Below the pieces are notes generated by a model. The model was not told the origin of the DNA, ran no database searches, and worked only from the letters and a program-made list of their open reading frames with translations. Below are positions 42,105-54,626 of a stretch of 64,000 nucleotides of DNA, piece after piece (position 1 is the first letter of the stretch; each line of letters opens with the position of its first letter). Made by a program: the position numbers and the translations under genes. The stretch spans positions 53,444,001 to 53,508,000 of the forward strand of contig NC_043009.1 in the NCBI RefSeq assembly GCF_006345805.1. Reading direction: 5' to 3'. Source of the stretch: Octopus sinensis (Eukaryota).

Positions 42105-42688
42105 TACCGTATTTTAATAAGTATAACGAACCCTCGCGTATAAAGAACCCCTTAATTTGGGGGGCTTAAAATTTGGAAAAAAACTATTTTGTAAGAAATT
42201 ATGATATTATAGGCGCAGGAGTGGCTGTGTGGTAAGTAGCTTGTCTACCAACCACATGGTTCCGGGTTCAGTCCCACTGCGTGGCACCTTGGGCTAGTGT
42301 CTTCTACTATAGCCTGGGGCCGACCAAAGCCTTGTGGAGTGGATGTGGTAGATGGAAACTGAAAGAAGCTCGTCGTATATATGTGTGTGTGTTTGTGTGT
42401 CTGTGTTTGTCCCTCTAGCATTGGTTGACAACCGATGCTGGTGTGTTTACGTCCCCGTCACTTAGCGGTTCGGCGAAAGAGCCCGATAGAATAAGTACTG
42501 GGCTTACAAAGAATAAGTCCCGGGGTCGATTTGCTCGACTAAAGGCGGGGCTCCAGCATGGCCACAGTCAAATGACTGAAACAAGTAAAAGAGTAAAGAG
42601 TAAAAGAGTATTCTTGTATAAGAAACTCCCATATTTTTAATCTAATTTTTGACAAAAAAGGATTCCTTATACACGTTAAAATACGGTA
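42105..42688. mobile_element. pogo/Tigger-like MITE with TA target duplication and a nested SINE
   Basis: ta-ccgtattttaa..gtataa.gaacc at the left end; ggattccttatacacgttaaaatacgg-ta at the right end. Confidence 0.6.
42209..42610 (+). mobile_element. Family B SINE nested in the MITE
   Basis: Same consensus as 1666-2100. Confidence 0.85.
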
Positions 42689-43329
42689 ATTATTTAAAGA
42701 TGAAAATTGTTAACTTACTGAGATTTTCTATGCAATGGCCCTCAATCTTATGAGATACATGTCAAACCATCACTGTATATTCTTGTGCAAATAGATCCCG
42801 TTTTATTTGTCAGTCTATTTAGGATGTATAAGCAACGGTAAGTTCCGGAGTAGCGTACCCGACTCTACACCACAAAGTTTATTTCCGTTTTTAGGAAACC
42901 CGGATTACATCAAATAATAATAATAATAATCATAACGATGGTGATGATGTTCAACGACGACGACGACGATGACGATGAGGATTTCAAATTTTGAAATGAT
43001 GATGATGATGATGATTTCAAATTTTTGGAACAAGGTCAGCAATTTCTGAAGAGTGTGGTAAGTCGATTACATCGATCTCAGTGCTCAACTGGTTCGTATT
43101 TTATTGATTCCAAAAGGATCAAAGGCAAAGTCGACCTCGATGGAATTTGAAGTCAGAACTTGAAATAACAACAATAACAACAACATGTTTTTCCATTGCC
43201 CGCATTACCATAAAATTGATTTAGAGAGACCTAAAGCTTTCGGGTGAATATAACTAGAGCCAAATGAAAAGTATTCTACACCGCTGAAATTAGCAAATCT
43301 ACGGTTGGCTTTATTCTTGATATTATTAA

Positions 43330-43582
43330 GCCACTTTGTCTACTCTCTTTACTCTTTTACTCTTTTACTCTTTTACTTGTTTCTGCCATTTGACTGCGGC
43401 CATGCTGGAGCACCGCCTTTAGTCGAGCAAATCAACCCCAGGACTTATTCTTTTGTAAGCCTAGTACTTATTCTATCGGTCTTTTTTGCCGAACCGCTAA
43501 GTGACAGGGACGTAAACACACCAGCATCGGTTGTCAAGCGATGTTGGGGGACAAACACAGACACACAAACATATACACACAC

Positions 43583-43650
<68 letters not shown>

Positions 43651-43881
43651 TATGCAAACAAGAAAACACAGAAAAAGAAAAAAAACACAGCAACGCAGGA
43701 CGTGGAACAATTAAAGTATTATTGACGCTCAGAAGAAGGGAGGTGAGTTTTAACGTTTCGAGAGGAGCTCTTCGTCGGAACAAGGAGAAGGAAAGATCCC
43801 AAGGAGGGAAGACAGAGGAAAAAATATTTGAGCTGGTGGTGCTCAAGAGATCACATTGTTGAAAGAACAGAAGTTGAGAGG

Positions 43882-43933
<52 letters not shown>

Positions 43934-44105
43934 TTTACTTATATACGACGGGCTTCTTTCAGTTTCCGTCTACCAAATCACTCACAAGGCTTTGGTCGGC
44001 CCGAGGCTATAGTAGAAAATACTTGCCCATTGTGCCACGCAGTGGGACTGACACGGAACTCATAGTTCATATATGGTTCGTAAGCAAGCTACTTACTACA
44101 CAGAC
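43330..44105 (-). mobile_element. Family B SINE, split by the insertion at 43627-43885
   Basis: 3' half at 43330-43590, 5' half at 43940-44105. Confidence 0.8.
43627..43885 (-). mobile_element. Penelope-type fragment with a mutated hammerhead (43748-43785), inserted in the (TA)n tract of a SINE
   Basis: Minus strand: tt-CCGACGA-aGAGctcctCTC-GAAACGTTaaaac (U4 replaced by C). It splits the CORE-type SINE 43330-44105 inside its TA tract. Confidence 0.55.
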
Positions 44106-44604
44106 ACTCCTGCTCCTTATACTCAATATATATGCGTTGCTAAGGATTTTATTTCATCCTTTGTTACTTTTTTTTACATTTACGCCTCCTGTTTCTTACA
44201 TACTTTCACAATATTTACTAATGCTATACATTAGTTAGCTTTGTTTGTATTTGCGTCCACATAAATAAACGTTTCGTTTAATCTGCTCATAAATAAATTG
44301 CATCTGAACATTTGGAGTCCGATACAGGTTCGGTTAAGATGTTTCGTAAGCTGTTGATATCACTACTAAATCTTAACCTTCGTTATGAGTTGAATTATGT
44401 CGAATCATATTACGGAACAAGAAGGGTTACAACATAAACAGCACCGAGATTAAGACAAGTGTAAATATAAACACAGACGCCATTTTATATGCAAACACAT
44501 AAAATCGGCCATTTCCAAATAACGTATTTATATCTGCGCCTGCTTGTGTGTGCGCGTTTGTATGTGTGTCTGTGTTTTAGGGCGTATATCTATCTATCTA
44601 TCTA

Positions 44605-44670
<66 letters not shown>

Positions 44671-44699
44671 AATTCATGTCTATATACGCATACATACAT

Positions 44700-45113
44700 A
44701 TATGTATGTATATATAAATAAATATATATATATATAGATGTGTGTGTGTGTGTATACACACATATATGTGTTTGTGTATGTATAAATGCATGCACACATA
44801 TACATACATACCTATAAATATATATATATATAGATATATATATATATAAACCTATATATATATGTATATATATAGATACTTATATATATATATATATATA
44901 ATATATATATATATAGATGTGTGTGTGTGTGTGTATACACACATATATGTGTTTGTGTATGTATAAATGCATGCACACATATACATACATACCTATAAAT
45001 ATATATATATATTATATATATATATATAAACCTATATATATATGTATATATATAGATATATATATATATACACACACACACACATATATATATATATAGA
45101 TATATATATATAT

Positions 45114-45146
<33 letters not shown>

Positions 45147-45176
45147 AACCTATATATATATGTATATATATAGATA

Positions 45177-45218
<42 letters not shown>

Positions 45219-45219
45219 A

Positions 45220-45270
<51 letters not shown>

Positions 45271-45310
45271 ATATATATTATATATATATATATATAATAT
45301 ATATATATAT

Positions 45311-45367
<57 letters not shown>

Positions 45368-45537
45368 ATATATATAGATGTGTGTGTGTGTGCGTGCGTG
45401 TGTGTGTGTGTATACACACATATATGTGTTTGTGTATGTATAAATGCATGCACACATATACATACATACCTATAAATATATATATATAATATATATATAT
45501 ATATAAACCTATATATATATGTATATATATAGATACT

Positions 45538-45636
<99 letters not shown>

Positions 45637-45650
45637 TATATATATATATA
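44700..45650. repeat. TA-rich compound minisatellite (about 180-bp unit, 3 copies)
   Basis: gatgtgtgtg..tatacacacatatatgtgtttgtgtatgtataaatgcatgcacacatatacatacatacctataaa at about 44737, 44917 and 45377. Confidence 0.8.
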
Positions 45651-46187
45651 TAAATTTACATATGTACGTTCATGTATTGCTTGTGTGTGCATATGCATGT
45701 GTATCAATGTAACACATCATTATTTCAGAATCCACAACTAAACCAAAATAATTTCATTTTATGTATTTTGTCACCATATCTGTCAATTAGAAGTTATACA
45801 AATTACAATGTTGACACACATAAATATGAGCAACTGTAAAATATGAAACGTCAGAAGATCGCCACAATTATTTCATTTTTCCGTAAAGTCACATTTTTCA
45901 TCGTTCATTATATTTCCCATTGATTTTTTTGTTTTAAGCAAATATTTTTATTTCTCATTACCATTGAAATATATTGGTCACAAAAACATTTGGTCAACCC
46001 GATATCTCTTATCATTAAAATTGTCGTTTTTCTTCCTAGTCTTACGCTATTTACTTATTGATAATGGTTTTCTCTCTCTCACAGACAGACACACAGATAC
46101 ATACGCACCCATTTACACTCACACAACGTATGTATATGATTTGTGTGAAAATATATGTCCATATAAAATACATCTATATAAGTCTTG

Positions 46188-46236
<49 letters not shown>

Positions 46237-46271
46237 ATATATAAATAAAATTAAAATAAATGCGCCTTTTA

Positions 46272-46500
46272 AAGCCTAGCAAGGCTCATGGGCCCGATTT
46301 CCTGGTGTCTATGGCGTATGTGTCCCCCTGGACGGGACGCCAGTCCATCGCAGCGTTACTCATTTTTGCCAGCTGAGTGGACTGGACCAACGTGAAATGA
46401 AATGTTTTGGTCAAGAAGACAACGCGTCGCCCGGTCCAGGAATCGAAACCACAATCATACGGTCATGGTGTTGACACCCTACCCACGAAGCCACGCACAT
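46272..46500 (-). mobile_element. tRNA-derived SINE with a V-domain-like segment (related heads at 19322-19600 plus and 25450-25565 minus)
   Basis: Minus strand ..ccagtccactcagctggcaaaaatgag..gcgatggactggcgtcccgtccagggg. Confidence 0.6.
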
Positions 46501-46608
46501 CCACTATTATATATATATATATAATATCAACAATTGAGGGTAAAATTAATTAGTTATTAATCAATTTTACCAAGTAAAATGTAATGAAATAATATATATA
46601 ATATATAG

Positions 46609-46639
<31 letters not shown>

Positions 46640-46659
46640 TATATATATATATTACACAT

Positions 46660-46975
46660 CCAGTGGCTCATGCTAGCTTCATTTCTTCAAGCCTATGCAT
46701 GTCCTCCGCAGTCACAGCCCATGCTTCACTGCTGTGTAGTATGGCAGTTCGCACACATGTGTCGTACAATCTACCTTTCACTCTGAGCGAGAGACCCTTT
46801 GTCACCAGTAGGAGAAGAAGCTTCCTAAACTTTGCCCAGGCTATTGTTACTCTAGTGGTAACATTCTCTGAGCATCCACCCCACTACTAACTTGGTCACC
46901 TAGGTAGAGGAAACTATCAACTACTTTTAGTTTCTCCCCCAGGAGTGTAATGGAATCTGTTTTCTGAGTATCAAT
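46660..46975 (-). mobile_element. RTE-clade LINE fragment
   Basis: KVVDSFLYLGDQVSSGGGCSENVTTR..AWAKFRKLL..KGLSLRVKGRLYDTCVRTAILHSSEAW. Confidence 0.85.
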
Positions 46976-47086
46976 GGTATCTAGTATATAATATATGTAT
47001 ATACGGCGGTGCATCAGCATGGCCGCAGCTCTGAGGTGAAACTAGAAAAAAAAAAAAAAAATATATTATATATATATATATATATA

Positions 47087-47117
<31 letters not shown>

Positions 47118-47375
47118 GTATATGTATATGCTACTGTCCCACACGGGTCGGATCCTATGCATCACACTGTGATACATCCATTTTGCAGCCTTTGGAATGC
47201 CAGATATATTCATACATACAGTGTTTGAGTTTGGACGGTCATGTTGTTATTTGCACGGTCCAGATTACGGAATGACATCAGGTAACCCAAACCGTGCCAG
47301 GGTTTACGCAACACAACAATACATCAATTGACGTATACGCATTAGCCCCCAAAATTACAAACATACATACTTACT

Positions 47376-47445
<70 letters not shown>

Positions 47446-47778
47446 TATTTATATAATAATATTAGGGAATAAATCCAAACTTACAGGGAAAAATTAGATT
47501 TAGGGTTAAATCCAATTTTATAGTATAAATATATTATATTATATTACATTAGATTAGAGATAAAACCACTATTAGGCAAATCAAACAGTGAAAAACATAA
47601 GCCAATACATAAAATTAATTTAAAAATATAAAAGTTAAAATTAAAAAATTATTAAAATAATTTAAACTTATAAATTTTAAATATATACAAATATATATAT
47701 ATGTATGTATATTTTTATATTTATATATTAATTGTTTATAATTAATTAATTAATTAATTATTTTTTTTATATTTTATT

Positions 47779-47827
<49 letters not shown>

Positions 47828-48385
47828 TGTGTGTGTATGTATGTACATTGTATATTTGTATATATATATATAGGTATATATATATATATATAGGTATATA
47901 TATATATATATAGGTATATATATATATATATATGCACACTCAGTCCTTTTAAGTTTTATATTGCATCTATCCACGTTTATTATTTTATATGCGCGCACAC
48001 ACACGCACCCCCTCCGCGCATATACATGCTGCATGTATATAATTTAAAAAATATATATATAAAGAACATTAATACACATGAGAGATATTAATGTTAGTGG
48101 CCGCAAGCTAAAACCGTATAGGCAAACTTAAAAATACGATACGAATATATAAAAGAATTATGAGTATTAATGTTTATATATATACATATACATACATGTT
48201 TTTTTAAAAAATTGTGTTCGCTTATTTCGTTTTACACAGTGCGGATTTATTTTACATAGTTTTTTTTCATCAACCAGGCCTTTGAAAATATAATGTTAAT
48301 TTTTGTGGCTTCGGAGTGATTTGACGCCTAATTTCATCAAATCTGGTGTTTTTAACAAAGCGCTCTTGTGATATGTAATTCTTTT

Positions 48386-48436
<51 letters not shown>

Positions 48437-48495
48437 ATTAAACAATCTTACTTAGAAATGGATGCGTGCGTTCGAGAGAGAGAGAGAGAGAGAGC

Positions 48496-48547
<52 letters not shown>

Positions 48548-49229
48548 CCCCCTCTTTGTTTTTACGATGACTAAGCAATGGAAGATTTAGCCCTGAAACA
48601 TTTTGCATAGATTTTGAAAATTGTGGAACTTAACCAAATATTCAAAAATATATAAATGAGATTCCCGTATTGGAATGCTCCTGTGAGGAGTCAGATAAAA
48701 TTTTATGTAAACCTGTCTCTGATGTAGAATTTGTTATTGGGTTTCTCAATGCCACTAAAGTTTAACCCTCATCTCGCCACACAAACTCTCACCAGCAATC
48801 CGACTCTGTGTAATACAGGACGGCAATGTAGTTTCTGGAACGTCGTTGGATCTACGAAACTTGGACAGCCAAATTTTATCGATATTCTCTCTGTGGTGTT
48901 GTTAAAAGAAATTTAGTATTTAAAACGAATACACGTGTTATAAATATATTTATAGAAAACAAATGCAGGGTGGTCACATCTGGACTGTATTATTTGCTTA
49001 TTGCTTTTGATCAGAAGTTTGATGGTTAAAGATTGAGCTCAGAATAAATGAAAAAGAAAAAAGACATCGGAGAGGCGACACATACCCTACGCACACACGA
49101 GGATAAAATAAAATTACATTCAATAAATATATTCTCAGACGAATTCATATTTCTACAAAATTACATAAAGTGTTATTTCCCCCTGCTTATCGTTTATGCA
49201 TTTCTAAACAAAGATAAAAAAAATCATTT

Positions 49230-49405
49230 TCATTTATCCGTCTGGGAATTCTGAAGATAATCAAATCAAAATAATGAGTTCGACCCACTCACCCAATGAG
49301 CATTTCTGCCAAATTTACTGAAAATCCCTTGAGCCGTTTTCTAGTAATTTTGCAAACACACAGACAAAGACGAGCGACTACAGTATCCTGCTTTCGCTTA
49401 CGCGC
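49230..49405 (-). mobile_element. 5' part of a second HINE/DINE-like element
   Basis: Minus strand ttacccagtgcgcgtaagcgaaagc..tttgtctgtgtgt..aaaattactagaaaacggctcaagggattttcagtaaatttgg. Confidence 0.5.
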
Positions 49406-49964
49406 ACTGGGTAATTACTCAACGTCATGTCAGAAATACGTTAGGTCATTTATTATGTTCTCCCTATTCCCTGTTGTAGGACTAAACACATTAGACTGTC
49501 TTGTCGCTCTCAAGTCATAGTCTGATAGTTTAATGAACATAGTAGGCCATGTCTCATGTAATACACCACACACCTAATCTTTTACAGTATTAAACAATTT
49601 AGAATATTCTAAGGTGGCGAATTGGCAGAATAGTTAGCACATCAGAGAGAATGCTTAGCAGCATTTCTTCTGGTTCTTATGTTCTGAGTTCATACTCCAC
49701 TGAAGTCAATTTGCCTTTCATTCCTACGTGGGGTCGATAAAAATAATGTACCTCTCAAACATTGGGGTTGATGAAATTGTCTTGCCCCTCACATCAAAAT
49801 TATGGGCTTTGAACTTTACAACAGACCGGCGTCCTGCTCAGGAGGTATGTTGTGATCTGTCACTTATACAATTTGGAACCCCGGTCATCAGCCTGATGAA
49901 TTCTCGGACTCAAGAGAATAGAAATGTACACATAAGTTTAGTTCTAGCATGTAACTTTGAGCTA

Positions 49965-50337
49965 TTAACTCCGCCCTAGTGAAGGCGGAGTTGTTTTCAG
50001 TCGAGTTTGTGTGTTTTTCTTTTCTGTAGACAAGATATCTCAAGAACCACTGGGTGAATTCGGGTGAAACTTTCAAGGATGTTTGGCCTCGTAACTGACA
50101 TGAACTGATAAGATTTTGAGATCGATTCGGTGCCGGACATGGATTATGGATTATTTTTTTTACATATTTTTTTACTTAATTTTTGAGAGCTGTCGGATTC
50201 ATTTTTAGCACTCTCGTTTGTCAGATTAGTCGATTTTAATTGAGATATTTTTATTTTAAAAATCCTCTCTAGCTAATCCTTGAGAGGACGTTGATGTTGC
50301 CTTGGCGGAGATTTGTACTCTCTGAGTGTTCTTGCTT
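49965..50337 (+). mobile_element. Helentron-associated non-autonomous element (HINE/DINE-1-like)
   Basis: 5' ttaactccgcc..ggcggag hairpin, gatatctcaagaac..gaaacttt body, 3' ttggcggag subterminal repeat and actctctgagt stem-loop. Confidence 0.65.
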
Positions 50338-50795
50338 ATATATGCGGTTTATGCGACATGGAGAGATGGCTTATCTGGAAAAGCAGCTTAGACCCTACCA
50401 CATGTCTAAATACAAGGACAGAGCTTTTCGGATCATGCCCACATGTGACTAAATTTCTGTTACGTTTTTGGTCCCCTAAAGAAAAGGGATAGAACATGCT
50501 TTCTGTGTTATGTCCCAAGAAGATTTTATATATTTTTATATATTTTTATATATTTTTATGTATTTTTATATAATTTTTATGACGAAAAACGCGAGCGATG
50601 TATAAGTACGCAGGCAAAGCAGAGTTATAACAGAGTAATTTCCCTTCATTTTTAACGGTATTTTTTCATAACGTTTTCAAATAGCCAGATAACCGAAGAG
50701 ATGGTGTTGTGGATTTCCACTTCGGCATCTGAAACTCAGAGTTTTATCTTGACTACCGAGTAATGTAACATATTGTATATATATATATATATTAT

Positions 50796-50880
<85 letters not shown>

Positions 50881-51757
50881 GCTAACATGTATGTATATCT
50901 ATCTATCTATCTATCTATATCTATATATCTGTCTATTTATGTAGATATTTTAAACGGAAACAGTCTCTAATATTTCTTGAGAAAATGATTAACACTTCTT
51001 AGTGTTTCATAGCCTGCAGTTCACCAGTCTGTTCACGTCCGGTACCTTTGATATCTCTGGACAGATTCTGTAGCATCATAGGAGAGAAGATATTTTACGG
51101 CCCTCCCTCATTATTTTCCCACGTTATAGAGGCATATAATACTGTCCCTCAACTACCCTTACATTGTATTCTAAGATCACCGTGGATATAAAGACAGACG
51201 AAGAGAAGTAACCACTCAAGTATTTAATTGCTAATTTCTTTTCTCTTTCACAAAATGATGAAAGCCGATGTTAATCTTGGAAATATAAATATAAACTCAA
51301 ACGCGAAAAAAAAAACAGGCAAATAGCATCATGAATTTTTCTGCCTCCCTCAAAATTCTACCACAGGACAGGCACGGGATAACCTCAGATACCGATTTTA
51401 CTATATATTAATATTGCTGCTAATCTTCCGCACTACAATTATAGACACCCAATATTTTCCACTATAATAATACATAACAATATTTCGCACTACAATTATA
51501 AAAACCAATATCTAAGACAATATTGCATTTCTATATATGAATTCATTCTAACAGTATTTGATATGTTTTTTTTAATTTTCTGTGTGTTTAGTAAATTCAT
51601 TTTCTAATATAACCCATAGTTCATTGAGAATATATCTGTTGCTAAATCAGTAAAACAAAACCCCCAACTCCAACCTTTCCGAAATAATAAAAAAAATGGA
51701 TTGATTTTTTATTTCGTTTAATAACCCTTGAATAGAAAAAACCTTGATTTTATTCAT

Positions 51758-51793
<36 letters not shown>

Positions 51794-51805
51794 AAACACA
51801 CGCAC

Positions 51806-51847
<42 letters not shown>

Positions 51848-51900
51848 TATATATATATATATATATATACATATATATACATATATATATATATAATATA

Positions 51901-51938
<38 letters not shown>

Positions 51939-51991
51939 ATTGGTGAATTGAAGAAATGGAGCTGAACGCAGATTGAACAGGAATCGTTTTA

Positions 51992-52081
51992 TTTCATTCT
52001 ACACGTGTTTCGAAAGGCACAAATTACCAAAATCCGATTGAATAATGGGACCATATTGTGTCTTTCTCTTCAGGAAGAAAA
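51992..52081 (-). ncRNA. Type I hammerhead motif (left-arm mirror copy, host-sense strand)
   Basis: Exact reverse complement of 54537-54626. Confidence 0.8.
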
Positions 52082-52686
52082 AAGGAAATCCGTTGGAAAA
52101 ACAAAAACAGAACAGAGGCGGAGCAAAAAACAAATCGAACTGTGCTCCTAAGAGCCCATGGCGAAACTGTTTATCAGTGTATGTTGAGAACCGGTGGCTG
52201 AAGAATTCAACGGGTCAGTCATCGGTCAATCATGTGGGTGAGGGTGTATAGATGTTCTTTGTGACCGAGAATAAAGATCTGACTATTTAAAGAATATTGG
52301 ATGTTTTATAAGTGGCGAGAAAAAATCTACTTAGAGACGTGTGTGTGTGTATACTGTTCTATATATGTGTGTGTTGGCGTAGGGGTAGAAAACATTTTTT
52401 GTGTACGTGTGTGCGTTTGATCGTTCGGCTGTCAGTGGCTACTGCCGTGATAACCGTTGGGTGGCAGAAAGAAAAAAATAAAAAAATTATATATATATAT
52501 TATGTTTTATGTGTGTGTGTGTTCATCTAAGCCTACCTTGTCAAGGAAAACCCCCCGCTGTGAAAAAACCAAGCCCCGTTTGTCTTACATGAGTAATTCC
52601 CCTTGCAGTGGTCAATCGTAGATATCTTAAAGGCTATTTCAGAATTTGTTACCAAGGGCTATGGGTGCCGGTATTATTTATAAACG

Positions 52687-53311
52687 CTATTTAAAGGCCA
52701 GATAAGTGTAACGCCGCCAATGGGGGCATCGAAAAGCCGACTGTAAGAGCCCGTTTACCATCCGGCCTCTGGCAAACAAAATATGGAAGAGTTCGGAGAC
52801 ACAAAGGTTGCACTGTCTTCTGCCCCTATCAAATGGGAGGGCCACCGACAAAATTGACCATTCCAGCCTATAGCTTAAGTTCGCATCCTTCAGTCGCCAT
52901 ATTAGCTTACTGAGTCCCGTGGTCTGGCGCTTGTTCACGTCCCGAAAAGTTGCGTAATGGTTGGAGACACGCAAAGACAATCTTGAGGATGATGCCCCTA
53001 CATAAGTGAAGGCATCTGAGTCCGTGTAAACCTTGCATTGGTAGACGGCGTTTTTGATCTTGGAGTTCGCCGACGTGAATCTTAATCTGCTAGGATTGGT
53101 TTCTGAAATTAGAACTGCGTTCCTGTCACTATATTCGTTCCGAGACCTGCAGCCGCTTACTACTCTATTTTCCACTACGTCACTATTAACTATAGGAATA
53201 ACCCCTGATTCTCCACTATCTATCAGAGTGCTGTCATTGCTACTGCCCGTGGTACTGCTATTGCGGGAAATGATGCTGGGGATGCTAATGGGGCTCTCTA
53301 CCCTACTCCCA
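52687..53311 (-). CDS. Mirror copy of the GIY-YIG frame (left arm; C-terminal part of ORF 52687-53565)
   Basis: Same peptide as the right arm; the frame stays open through the palindrome centre. Confidence 0.75.
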
Positions 53312-53320
53312 TGGGAGTAG

Positions 53321-53932
53321 GGTAGCCCCATTAGCATCCCCAGCATCATTTCCCGCAATAGCAGTACCACGGGCAGTAGCAATGACAGCACTCTGATAGA
53401 TAGTGGAGAATCAGGGGTTATTCCTATAGTTAATAGTGACGTAGTGGAAAATAGAGTAGTAAGCGGCTGCAGGTCTCGGAACGAATATAGTGACAGGAAC
53501 GCAGTTCTAATTTCAGAAACCAATCCTAGCAGATTAAGATTCACGTCGGCGAACTCCAAGATCAAAAACGCCGTCTACCAATGCAAGGTTTACACGGACT
53601 CAGATGCCTTCACTTATGTAGGGGCATCATCCTCAAGATTGTCTTTGCGTGTCTCCAACCATTACGCAACTTTTCGGGACGTGAACAAGCGCCAGACCAC
53701 GGGACTCAGTAAGCTAATATGGCGACTGAAGGATGCGAACTTAAGCTATAGGCTGGAATGGTCAATTTTGTCGGTGGCCCTCCCATTTGATAGGGGCAGA
53801 AGACAGTGCAACCTTTGTGTCTCCGAACTCTTCCATATTTTGTTTGCCAGAGGCCGGATGGTAAACGGGCTCTTACAGTCGGCTTTTCGATGCCCCCATT
53901 GGCGGCGTTACACTTATCTGGCCTTTAAATAG
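53321..53932 (+). CDS. Penelope-type GIY-YIG endonuclease reading frame (right arm), no RT present
   Basis: Stop-free frame containing NAVYQC..TYVG..RLSLRVSNH..F..T.LSKLIWRLK..W.I..CNLCVSE..VN..CPH, the PLE GIY-YIG pattern with putative catalytic Y/R/E/N and C/H zinc ligands. Confidence 0.8.
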   Translation, partial: GSPISIPSIISRNSSTTGSSNDSTLIDSGESGVIPIVNSDVVENRVVSGCRSRNEYSDRNAVLISETNPSRLRFTSANSKIKNAVYQCKVYTDSDAFTYVGASSSRLSLRVSNHYATFRDVNKRQTTGLSKLIWRLKDANLSYRLEWSILSVALPFDRGRRQCNLCVSELFHILFARGRMVNGLLQSAFRCPHWRRYTYLAFK

Positions 53933-54536
53933 CGTTTATAAATAATACCGGCACCCATAGCCCTTGGTAACAAATTCTGAAATAGCCTTTAAGATATCTA
54001 CGATTGACCACTGCAAGGGGAATTACTCATGTAAGACAAACGGGGCTTGGTTTTTTCACAGCGGGGGGTTTTCCTTGACAAGGTAGGCTTAGATGAACAC
54101 ACACACACATAAAACATAATATATATATATATTTTTTTATTTTTTTCTTTCTGCCACCCAACGGTTATCACGGCAGTAGCCACTGACAGCCGAACGATCA
54201 AACGCACACACGTACACAAAAAATGTTTTCTACCCCTACGCCAACACACACATATATAGAACAGTATACACACACACACGTCTCTAAGTAGATTTTTTCT
54301 CGCCACTTATAAAACATCCAATATTCTTTAAATAGTCAGATCTTTATTCTCGGTCACAAAGAACATCTATACACCCTCACCCACATGATTGACCGATGAC
54401 TGACCCGTTGAATTCTTCAGCCACCGGTTCTCAACATACACTGATAAACAGTTTCGCCATGGGCTCTTAGGAGCACAGTTCGATTTGTTTTTTGCTCCGC
54501 CTCTGTTCTGTTTTTGTTTTTCCAACGGATTTCCTT

Positions 54537-54626
54537 TTTTCTTCCTGAAGAGAAAGACACAATATGGTCCCATTATTCAATCGGATTTTGGTAATTTGTG
54601 CCTTTCGAAACACGTGTAGAATGAAA
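54537..54626 (+). ncRNA. Type I minimal hammerhead ribozyme motif (right arm)
   Basis: ttc-CTGAAGA-GAAAG(acacaa...ttgtgc)CTTTC-GAAA-CACGTG-TA^gaa. Core at 54545-54551 and 54607-54610, palindromic stem III ACACGTGT, GUA triplet with predicted cleavage after 54618. Confidence 0.8.

Noticed and set aside
44700-45650. Repeat-spacer-like pattern suggesting a CRISPR array
   Set aside because: Eukaryotic context; units are TA-rich minisatellite with no unique spacers or cas genes.
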